Source: Thermodesulfobacteriota bacterium (GTDB lineage: Bacteria > Desulfobacterota > Desulfobulbia > Desulfobulbales > SURF-16). From it: a stretch of 64,000 nt of DNA. Positions within the stretch are counted from its first letter, which is position 1. Every line of letters begins with the position of its first letter. The notes beneath the pieces are model-generated. The model saw nothing but the letters and a program-made list of their open reading frames with translations, had not been told where the DNA came from and did no database searches. This document shows positions 1-7,765 of this stretch, piece by piece. Both the position numbers and the translations under genes were made by a program. The stretch lies in NCBI GenBank assembly GCA_040755455.1, contig JBFMAY010000007.1, positions 35,898-99,897 on the forward strand, given 5' to 3'.

Positions 1-84
1 GATGGCGGGTTAGCCGGCAGAGTGCAGGGAGCCCACCGTAGGGGCGGTTCAGGCCGCACTGGAATGATGAGGAGAGTGATAATC

Positions 85-303
85 ATGCCGCTGTTTGATT
101 TTAAATGCCGCAAGTGCGGCAACGAGTTTGAGACCCTGGTGATGGGCAGCGCCAAGCCTGCCTGTCCCAAGTGTCAGAGTGAGGATCTGGAAAAATTGAT
201 GTCATCCTATGCCTGCTGCCGGCCAAAGGGTGGCACGGAATCATCGTCCACCGGATCCGGTTGTACGGGCTGCGCCGGAGGGAATTGTGCGAGTTGCCAT
301 TAA
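85..303 (+). CDS. FmdB-family zinc-ribbon regulatory protein
   Basis: MPLFDFKCRKCGNEFE...CPKC signature and Cys-rich tail; ATG at 85 after GAGGAG. Confidence 0.85.
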   Translation: MPLFDFKCRKCGNEFETLVMGSAKPACPKCQSEDLEKLMSSYACCRPKGGTESSSTGSGCTGCAGGNCASCH

Positions 304-368
304 CCAGGGGGATAAATCCATCGTTATACAAAACCCCAAACCGAAATCCATCGCATAAAGGGAAAATA

Positions 369-1304
369 ATGCAGAAAACAATCAGAATAGGAACTCGGGC
401 AAGCCTGCTGGCCATGGCGCAGAGTACCAACATCAAAAACCTCATCGAAGCCCAATACCCTGGTGTCCAGGTGGAACTGGTGAAGATTGTCACCAAGGGC
501 GACAAGATTCTTGACGTGCCGCTGGCCAAGGTCGGCGGCAAGGGCCTTTTTGTCAAGGAGATCGAGGACGCCATGCTGCAGCACGAGGTTGACATTGCCG
601 TGCACAGCATGAAGGATGTGCCGGCCGAGCTGCCGGAAGAGCTGCATCTCGGCATCATCACCAAACGGGAAGACCCCAGGGACGCCTTTATCTCAAACGC
701 TTTCAAGACCCTGGCCGATCTGCCCCAGGGGGCCAGGGTGGGCACCAGCAGCCTGCGCCGCAAATCCCAGCTCGGCCTGATGCGCAGCGACCTGATTATT
801 TCCGACCTGCGCGGCAATCTCGATACCCGGCTGAGAAAGCTTGACGAAAAGCAGTACGATGCCATAATCCTGGCCGCCGCCGGTCTGAACCGGCTGAAAA
901 TGTCGGCCCGGGTCGCCTCCTTTTTCAACCCCACCGACATGCTGCCCGCAGTGGGACAGGGGGCCGTGGGCATCGAACTGCGCAAGGCCGATACAGAACT
1001 TCTTGCCGCGCTAGCCTTTTTGGCTGACGAAACAACGGCGGTGGCGGTGCGGGCGGAACGCTCCTTTCTCCACCGGCTGGAGGGCGGCTGCCAGGTGCCC
1101 ATCGGCGCCTTTGCCGAACTGCAGGGAGGGCGGGTGACCATCACCGGGCTTGTCGCCTCGGTGAACGGCGCAAAAATGATCAAAAGACAGATGACCGGCG
1201 ATGCCGCTGATGCGGAAAATTTAGGCACGAGACTGGCGGAAGAGCTTCTTGCCAATGGCGGCGGGGCGATCCTTGCCGAGGTTTATGGAAAAGAAATTGA
1301 CTGA
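369..1304 (+). CDS. hemC: Hydroxymethylbilane synthase (porphobilinogen deaminase)
   Basis: IGTRASLLA, GGKGLFVKEIE, AVHSMKDVP, LEGGCQVPIG motifs. Confidence 0.97.
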   Translation: MQKTIRIGTRASLLAMAQSTNIKNLIEAQYPGVQVELVKIVTKGDKILDVPLAKVGGKGLFVKEIEDAMLQHEVDIAVHSMKDVPAELPEELHLGIITKREDPRDAFISNAFKTLADLPQGARVGTSSLRRKSQLGLMRSDLIISDLRGNLDTRLRKLDEKQYDAIILAAAGLNRLKMSARVASFFNPTDMLPAVGQGAVGIELRKADTELLAALAFLADETTAVAVRAERSFLHRLEGGCQVPIGAFAELQGGRVTITGLVASVNGAKMIKRQMTGDAADAENLGTRLAEELLANGGGAILAEVYGKEID

Positions 1305-2847
1305 TACAGCAAAACCAAACAGAGGCAAGGCCTACCTGGTCGGCGCCGGCCCCGGCGATCCGGGCCTTATCACCGTGCGCGGCCTGGAGATTCTGAAAAA
1401 AGCGGAAGTCATCATCTATGACTATCTGGCCGGGGAAAAACTGCTCAAATACGTGCCGGAGGAAGCCGAGTTCATCTACGCCGGCAAAAAGGGCGGGGTC
1501 AAGCATACCCATACCCAGGATGAGATCAATGCGATGCTGGTTGACCGGGTGAAAAGCGGCAAAAGGGTTGTCCGGCTCAAAGGCGGCGACCCCTTTATCT
1601 TCGGCCGGGGCGGCGAGGAGCTTGAGGAGCTGGTCAAGGCCGGCCTGCCCTTTGAGGCGGTGCCCGGCGTCACCTCCGCCTCCGCCGCCGCAACCTTTGC
1701 CGGGGTGCCCATCACCCACCGCCGCTACACCTCGTCCGTGGCCTTTATCACCGGCCATGAGGACCCGGACAAGGAAAGCTCCAACATCGCCTGGGACAAA
1801 ATCTCAACCGGCGTCGGCACCCTGGTTTTTTACATGGGCATCAAGAACCTGGAGTCAATCACCGCCAATCTGATAAAGCACGGCCGCGACCCCAAGACAC
1901 CGGTGGCGGTGGTGCGCTGGGCCTCCCGGCCCAACCAGAAATCAGTGGTCGGCACCCTGGACAACATCGCCGAAATCGTCAGGGCCAATGACATCAAACC
2001 CCCGGCCCTGACCATTGTCGGCGAGGTGGTCAAGCTGCGCGATACCATCAACTGGTATGAGCAGCGCCCCCTTTTCGGTAAACGCATCGTCGTCACCCGC
2101 ACCAGGGAGCAGGCCAGCGATCTGGTGGCCCTGCTGGAGGAGAACGGCGCCAACTGTCTGGAATTCGCCACCATCTCCATCCATCCCCCGGATTCCTGGG
2201 ATGAACTGGATAATGCCCTGCAGCGGTTGGGCGACTTCCAGTGGCTGGTTTTTACCAGCATCAACGCCATCCACGCCTTTTTCGGCCGTCTCTATGCCAA
2301 GGGCCTGGACACCCGGGCCCTGGCCACCTGCAAGATCGCCGCGGTGGGCAAGGTGACCGATGACTGCCTGCGCGCCTACGGGCTGATCAGCGATCTGCTG
2401 CCTGAAAAATTCACCGCCGAGGGGCTGGCCAAGGCCTTTGAAAAGATGGGGGTGGACGGCCAGGCCATTCTCATCCCCAGGGCGCTCAAGGCCAGGGAGA
2501 TCCTGCCGGCCAGGCTGGGACAGGCCGGCGCCAAAGTGAGCGTGGTGACGGTTTACCAGAACAAGCGGCCGGAAGGCACGTATGAAACCCTGCGGGCCAA
2601 GCTGGCCAACAAGGATGTGGATATCGTCACCTTCACCAGTTCGTCCACCGTGACCAACTTTATCGACATGATCGGCGTGAAAGACAAACAGGAACTGCAG
2701 GAGCTGATGCGCGGCATCAAGATTGCGGCCATCGGCCCGGTCACCGGCAAGACCATCGAGGAAAACGGCCTCAAGGTCGACATCCAGCCGCAGACCTACA
2801 CCATCCCCGATCTGGTGGATGCCATCGTCAAAGACGCCCGTTCCTGA
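1297..2847 (+). CDS. cobA: Uroporphyrinogen-III C-methyltransferase / uroporphyrinogen-III synthase fusion
   Basis: LVGAGPGDPGLIT and RLKGGDPFIFGRGGEE, then HemD half (IVVTRTREQA, FTSSSTV, IGPVT); start TTG 1297 or ATG 1285. Confidence 0.95.
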   Translation: MTDTAKPNRGKAYLVGAGPGDPGLITVRGLEILKKAEVIIYDYLAGEKLLKYVPEEAEFIYAGKKGGVKHTHTQDEINAMLVDRVKSGKRVVRLKGGDPFIFGRGGEELEELVKAGLPFEAVPGVTSASAAATFAGVPITHRRYTSSVAFITGHEDPDKESSNIAWDKISTGVGTLVFYMGIKNLESITANLIKHGRDPKTPVAVVRWASRPNQKSVVGTLDNIAEIVRANDIKPPALTIVGEVVKLRDTINWYEQRPLFGKRIVVTRTREQASDLVALLEENGANCLEFATISIHPPDSWDELDNALQRLGDFQWLVFTSINAIHAFFGRLYAKGLDTRALATCKIAAVGKVTDDCLRAYGLISDLLPEKFTAEGLAKAFEKMGVDGQAILIPRALKAREILPARLGQAGAKVSVVTVYQNKRPEGTYETLRAKLANKDVDIVTFTSSSTVTNFIDMIGVKDKQELQELMRGIKIAAIGPVTGKTIEENGLKVDIQPQTYTIPDLVDAIVKDARS

Positions 2848-2940
2848 CCCCGTGGGGTTGGTGTATTCCGCTAGAATTTTACTGAGATTTGCATAAAAAA
2901 GCCGAGTTGCCCAGAAAAGGGCGGCCCGGCTTTTTTTTTA
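2398..2940 (+). repeat. Copy A of a ~540-bp direct repeat (hemD 3' end plus terminator)
   Basis: Near-identical to 4225-4768 in the coding part; homologous but diverged after the last shared codons. Confidence 0.95.
2895..2939. terminator. Bidirectional intrinsic terminator
   Basis: AAAAAAGCCGAGTTGCCC-loop-GGGCGGCCCGGCTTTTTTTT between convergent genes. Confidence 0.85.
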
Positions 2941-2979
2941 TCCGGGGAAAATAATTTTGTCAGCCATCTCTTTGTTTGT

Positions 2980-4050
2980 TCAATTCTGGGAAGAGTCCCG
3001 CATGGATGGCTCCCCTTCAGCTGCGGAAATGCGTTCAAGCATATCGAAGCCGAGGGTCTTGACCACCAGGATTCCGCCGATAAAAGCCCACAGATAGACG
3101 GTGAAAAACCGCCAGAGGATGACAAAAACCCCCAGGAAATGGATGGGAACCAGGGCTGCGAAAAGGGCGTATCCCCCGCCTTCGGCAATGCCGCTGCCGC
3201 CGGGAGTGGGGGTAAAATAGAGCAGGAAATAGAGGACGAACTGCACCATGAGCACCTGTGGGACCGGGACCTGGCAGTTAAGACCGTGGAGGATGGCGGA
3301 GGCGATCAGAAAATTGGCCAGCAGGGAAAGCGCGCAGCAGATAAAGGCCGACAGCAGCCTCGCTTTGCTGGCAAGAAAAACCGTTTTAAGCGATACGTGA
3401 AAGTCATGGAGCCAGTTAATCATCATTTCCTCCAGCCGCCGGCCATAACGGGCCGCAGCCGGGAAACGGTCCAGCCAACTGCCCCATGCCGAGATCATCT
3501 TCTCCCCTTTTTGCGGAAATAAGGAGAGTAATCCCGCCGAACAGAGCAGGAGGGAGAGAAAGACACCGATGGAGTGGAGGAGATATTTTATCAGGGCATT
3601 TTCAATAAGCTCCCCGTGGAAGAAGACAATCGCCGGCGTTGCCCCGGCGATGAGGGAAAGAATCATGGCTCCACGCAGGAAGATGACGCTGGTGGCCCTG
3701 CCAGCCGACATTTTCTTGCGGGTCAGCTGATAGAGCAGCAAAGGTTCGCCGCCGGTGACGGTGGGGGTGATGGTGGACAGGAACAGATAGAACAGGATCG
3801 ATTTCACGCTGTAGGCGAGGCCGACATCGGTGCCGGCGGCCTCGGCGATCAACCGCAGGGTCATGCCGTCAAGGATCAGAGAGAGCTGCGCCAGGCCCAA
3901 GGCAACAAAAAAATCAGCCACCTGGATCTGTCGAATTTCCTCCAGGGTTTTCGGCCCCATGGTGAGCACGGCCAGGAGACCGAGCACGGACAGGCTGACA
4001 GCCAGAAAAATGCACAGCACATGTTTGATGGACAGTTTTTGCTGGCCCAT
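2980..4050 (-). CDS. Lysylphosphatidylglycerol-synthase TM domain / flippase-like membrane protein (UPF0104-like)
   Basis: Multiple TM helices; ITPTVTGGEP, PTPGGSGIAEGG and LWRFFT motifs; start MGQQK at 4050. Confidence 0.8.
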   Translation of the reverse strand: MGQQKLSIKHVLCIFLAVSLSVLGLLAVLTMGPKTLEEIRQIQVADFFVALGLAQLSLILDGMTLRLIAEAAGTDVGLAYSVKSILFYLFLSTITPTVTGGEPLLLYQLTRKKMSAGRATSVIFLRGAMILSLIAGATPAIVFFHGELIENALIKYLLHSIGVFLSLLLCSAGLLSLFPQKGEKMISAWGSWLDRFPAAARYGRRLEEMMINWLHDFHVSLKTVFLASKARLLSAFICCALSLLANFLIASAILHGLNCQVPVPQVLMVQFVLYFLLYFTPTPGGSGIAEGGGYALFAALVPIHFLGVFVILWRFFTVYLWAFIGGILVVKTLGFDMLERISAAEGEPSMRDSSQN

Positions 4051-4224
4051 GGCATTTCCCGCCTTTCCCCTTGCGGCAAAAGTCCCAGACGGTCGGGAGG
4101 ATTTCCGGCGGCCGGGATTCTCACAACAAAATAACATACTTGAGGGGAGTGAGTAAAGGGTTGAGAACAGGCGTGACCGAAAGCGCCGGATTGTTGCGAT
4201 TAATTTATCAGAAAATCCCTGCCT

Positions 4225-4768
4225 CTGCCGGAAAAATTCACCGCCCAGGGGGCTGGCCAAGGCCTTTGAAAAGATGGGGGTGGACGGCCAGGCCATCCTC
4301 ATCCCCAGGGCGCTCAAGGCCAGGGAGATCCTGCCGGCCAGGCTGGGGCAGGCCGGCGCCAAAGTGAGCGTGGTGACGGTTTACCAGAACAAGCGGCCGG
4401 AAGGCACGTATGAAACCCTGCGGGCCAAGCTGGCCAACAAGGATGTGGATATCGTCACCTTCACCAGTTCGTCCACCGTGACCAACTTTATCGACATGAT
4501 CGGCGTGAAAGACAAACAGGAACTGCAGGAGCTGATGCGCGGCATCAAGATCGCGGCCATCGGCCCGGTCACCGGCAAGACCATCGAGGAAAACGGCCTC
4601 AAGGTCGACATCCAGCCGCAGACCTACACCATCCCCGATCTGGTGGATGCCATCGTCAAGGACGCCCGTCAGCATAACCTTGTCGGGCAGCGCATTCCGT
4701 AAGCATTTTACCGAGATCTGCACAAAAAAGCCGGGTTGCCCGTTATAAGGGCGGCCCGGCTTTTTTTA
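4225..4768 (+). pseudogene. Copy B: 5'-truncated duplicate of the hemD 3' end with its own terminator (4724-4767)
   Basis: Encodes the same C-terminal ~140 aa of HemD with a different tail; extra G near the 5' junction breaks the frame; no N-terminal half. Confidence 0.9.
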
Positions 4769-5031
4769 TTGGCTGCGGGTAAGTGGTGCGCGGTGCCGCT
4801 TTTTATCCCTTGTTGTAATTACGGGAAAATGGGGGTGGATTTTTTATCTTCCTGCCATGCTATAGCAGTTTCTTCTTGCAAATTTTTTGAATGTGAGTTT
4901 TGATTTTTCTGAATTGTTATTCATTTTGAGGAATATGGCGGGAGGAATACTGGAATCGATTTCTGTTTATCAGGGCAAATTGACCTGATAAACAGTGGTT
5001 GATCAAGGTGCACCGCTGCGCTCTGCGCCTT

Positions 5032-5258
5032 GATCAACGGCCGGGTTGACCGGCAAATTTACAATGCTAATCAGTCGCAAGCGGCCATTAGCACGGCAAA
5101 TTCGCCGGTCACCCCGGCCGTTGAGGCTGTAGAAAAACCCTTTTTGAGGCTGAAAATAGCGAAAATTAACTTTAGCATTTTAATAATATCAACTATATGC
5201 AAAATAGCGAATTTGAGCTTTTATGCCATTTTTACTTTTTTCTACAGACTCGTTAAAT
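5032..5258 (+). mobile_element. attC-like integron recombination site, interrupted at its core by a MITE
   Basis: R'' GATCAAC, 5-nt spacer, L'' GGTTGACC, long stem, L' GGTCACC, 6-nt spacer, GTT|MITE|GTTAAAT (R' = GTTRRRY). Confidence 0.75.
5123..5251. mobile_element. 129-bp non-autonomous element (MITE) with IS1182/IS5-like termini
   Basis: TIRs GAGGCTGTAGAAAAA / TTTTTCTACAGACTC (14 of 15 match); GTT duplicated on both flanks; AT-rich interior. Confidence 0.8.
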
Positions 5259-5282
5259 TCAAAAACTTAAAAAGGAGAAAAT

Positions 5283-5858
5283 ATGCGCCAATTTGCATTC
5301 TTAATATTTATTTTAGCTTTTTTTTGTTCATCGTGCGCATTAACGCCACAACAAGTGAACATAAAACCTGATGTCCAAGTTAGATCTACAAATATCGGGC
5401 AGAATAAGAAAATAACTCTGACTACTGTAGACGAAAGACTGAGTTCGACAATTGGGAACAGAGGTGTTGCAGGGTTTGGTGCAGACATCACAAGTGCAGG
5501 TGATGTTGCTCAAATAGTTGAATCTGCAATTATTGAAGGACTTAATAAGCAAGGCTTTGACACATCTGGTTCACTTGAGAGTGATCCGAGAGAATTAAGA
5601 GTTGAAATTAGAAACTTAGAATATTCTCTCAAGCCTGGGATATTCACGGGTACTTTACGAACAGAATGTGCCCTTAAGGGTATCTGTAATATTAACGGAA
5701 AAAGACAGTATGAACATTTATATCGCGGTGGCTCAGAAGAACAAGTTTTAGTAGCACAGTTTGCAGAGGAAAATGCTAACCATATTAATAAAGCATTAAC
5801 ACAAGTAATAGTTGAACTACTCGATGATAGCAATCTCACTAGTTGCTTGGCAGATTAA
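5283..5858 (+). CDS. YajG-like lipoprotein, integron cassette gene
   Basis: Signal peptide with lipobox-like CSSC; AT-rich; AGGAG RBS right after GTTAAAT; remnant of an inverse core just after the stop. Confidence 0.7.
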   Translation: MRQFAFLIFILAFFCSSCALTPQQVNIKPDVQVRSTNIGQNKKITLTTVDERLSSTIGNRGVAGFGADITSAGDVAQIVESAIIEGLNKQGFDTSGSLESDPRELRVEIRNLEYSLKPGIFTGTLRTECALKGICNINGKRQYEHLYRGGSEEQVLVAQFAEENANHINKALTQVIVELLDDSNLTSCLAD

Positions 5859-5866
5859 TAAATCTA

Positions 5867-5917
5867 ATCGGGTAGCTGGGGGATTTTCTCCCCCAGCCCC
5901 GCACCACCTGGCATGCG
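5867..5917 (-). mobile_element. 3' remnant (part of domain V plus domain VI) of a group IIC-attC intron
   Basis: Minus strand reads CGCATGCCAGGTGGTGCGGGGCTGGGGGAGAAAATCCCCCAGCTACCCGAT, inserted after TCTA of the attC inverse core. Confidence 0.75.
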
Positions 5918-5928
5918 TTGCTGGAAGG

Positions 5929-6134
5929 GGTTAAGTCCGCCGTTGACTTCTAATTCAAAAAAGCAAAAAAGGCTAATCAAAAGCCAAAAGCAGACTTGAT
6001 AATCTTCTATGGCGAACGTTAGGATGGGAGAAGCTATGCCTCTTATAAATTCACGTACAAGCTTACGACTATCGAGCAACCAAAATGATTGCGCGCCTAA
6101 CTCGGCGCTCCAGCCGGCGGCTCTGTCGTTATAT
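5929..6134 (+). mobile_element. Degenerate attC remnants and mini-cassettes
   Basis: GGTTAAG-TCCGCC-GTTGACT (5929-5948); GTTAGGA (6018); GCCTAAC-TCGGC-GCTCCAGC...CTCTGTC-GTTATAT (6095-6134). Confidence 0.55.
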
Positions 6135-6274
6135 TTCAATTTGATAGATGAATTTCGGTGTTGTGCGGGCAGATATTTATCCTTGATATTCGAGATGCCG
6201 CCCCCCTTGTTTCTTCAATAGTCTCCCGTAGTTGTGTGCCCTATGGGAGGCGGGCTGGGCGCGGCTGTTGACTT

Positions 6275-7489
6275 CTATTCATCCTTGGTGGTGTGGCAGA
6301 CAAAGCAGCCGGCGCCGTTGGCGCCAACGGCCGCCACCATGTCACTGTAATCCCACCGCAGGATGTCATTGTAATTGGTTGCATGGGCACCGTGGCAGGA
6401 GAGGCACATAACCACTTCAGTTCCGGAGGCGGCATCCACCGTGCTGCTCACGATGTTGGGGACAACGCCTGCCCGAGCAACCGGCGCCTCGACACTGTAG
6501 CTGTTATCGCCGTTATAGCCGGCATACTCGCCACTGTTTGGCAGGGCAATATCCGTGGGATGCCGGATAAAAGGGTTGATGCCGGTGCCGATGCCGGTGG
6601 AGCTCCCTACTGTCAGGGTGTGAAAGTTGCCGTGGCAGGTGGCGCAGAATTCGCTCATGGTATGGTTGGGCGGGCCAATGCCCTGGGCGTTGTGGCAGCT
6701 GGTTGCGGGAGCGCCGCATGAGAGCTGTTTCGGCATGGTCTGCCCGAAATATTCATTATGGTTTCCTGCTGAGACATTTTGCCATTTGCCGGCTGGATTC
6801 TGATTCTCCAATCCCTTGACGGCATAGAGAAACCGGTAGCTGTTGGCCGGTTTGTCGGCAATATCACATTTGCCGTCAACATTGCCATGATGAGCTCCCT
6901 GCAGGGCGGTGATGCCGCTGCCGTAGGCGGCATTGTAACGGTAACCGTGGCAGCCGTTGGTGCCGGCACAGGTCAGGTTGCCATCGTTCACGATCCCTCC
7001 GGTATTATGAAAAAAAAGCACCATCCCCCCAGGCGGACCATCGAGGTTTTCGTCGTTTTCACCCGGAAAGTCAATAACATTATGGCCTTTGGCGTCTGAG
7101 GCGCCGCTCCCTTTCGTGCCGAGCATATAGGCGAAATTGCCCCCGGCCAGATCGCCGGTGCCATCAGTATGAAGGACTTGCGGAATCTGCGTTTCGCCAA
7201 TGCTGACAATCTTCGTATTTGAGGTCATGGCATGGCAGCCTGTACAGCTGCCGATGGTCAGGTAGGGGTTGGCGCCTCCGCCAAGCAGAGCCATCGCGGT
7301 GCCGTCCTGGCTGTTATGCATGGTATGACAGTTTGAGCAGGGACCTGAAATTGTGGCGTTGACACTTGCGGCAATCAACGGGAAACAGAGAAGAAAAGCG
7401 AGGAGCGGGAGGATTTTTTCGGGGAATCCGCTATTGTTTGCGGGTGAACCTCTGCGATAAAAGAAAAAAGACCTCGCGAGTAGACACAT
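6275..7489 (-). CDS. Exported multiheme c-type cytochrome, OmcS-like
   Basis: Five CxxCH plus CX5CH and CX6CH; CHTMHNS, GGNF, KGHNV, MSEFCATCH, RHP, CLSCHGAH, terminal CHTTKD; signal peptide; GAGGT RBS. Confidence 0.85.
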   Translation of the reverse strand: MCLLARSFFFYRRGSPANNSGFPEKILPLLAFLLCFPLIAASVNATISGPCSNCHTMHNSQDGTAMALLGGGANPYLTIGSCTGCHAMTSNTKIVSIGETQIPQVLHTDGTGDLAGGNFAYMLGTKGSGASDAKGHNVIDFPGENDENLDGPPGGMVLFFHNTGGIVNDGNLTCAGTNGCHGYRYNAAYGSGITALQGAHHGNVDGKCDIADKPANSYRFLYAVKGLENQNPAGKWQNVSAGNHNEYFGQTMPKQLSCGAPATSCHNAQGIGPPNHTMSEFCATCHGNFHTLTVGSSTGIGTGINPFIRHPTDIALPNSGEYAGYNGDNSYSVEAPVARAGVVPNIVSSTVDAASGTEVVMCLSCHGAHATNYNDILRWDYSDMVAAVGANGAGCFVCHTTKDE

Positions 7490-7765
7490 TCCGGCACCTC
7501 CGGATGATTTTTGGGGAAAAGTGGTGTGTAACTTTTACAAGTCCCATAAGGTCATTTCCAGCAAGTATTTTTTTTCTTTATCATTTTTGACGGTACTGAG
7601 TAATTTTACCTATGTTGCAATAAATAATACATTTTTAACAAAAAGGCAAATCAATATGTTGCCAGCGCAGCGAACAAACTCGACCGGTATAACGAAAATC
7701 CGGCCGGCCGTTGTTGCATCTGCCCAAGCGACAAATAGAAGGTCATGCGGAAGGCATTGCCGATC

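Noticed and set aside
101..1255. Long antisense and alternate-frame ORFs (also 22215-23423, 43876-45015, 46965-48119, 49942-50931, 57553-58854)
   Set aside because: Shadows of well-supported genes in GC-rich DNA, with no recognisable motifs
2980..4362. 460-aa extension of the flippase-like ORF
   Set aside because: The extra N-terminus runs antisense through the hemD duplicate; the hydrophobic protein starts at 4050
4274..4702. 142-aa ORF as a functional stand-alone HemD
   Set aside because: Only the C-terminal part of the enzyme, starting at an internal Met inside the duplicated segment
5030..5371. 113-aa ORF across the attC and MITE
   Set aside because: Spans non-coding mobile structures and overlaps the real cassette gene
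7640..7765. GEMM (c-di-GMP/cGAMP) riboswitch upstream of the OmcS-like gene
   Set aside because: GGCAAA is present but on the wrong strand, and it lacks the GAAA-tetraloop stem and CGCAAA segment
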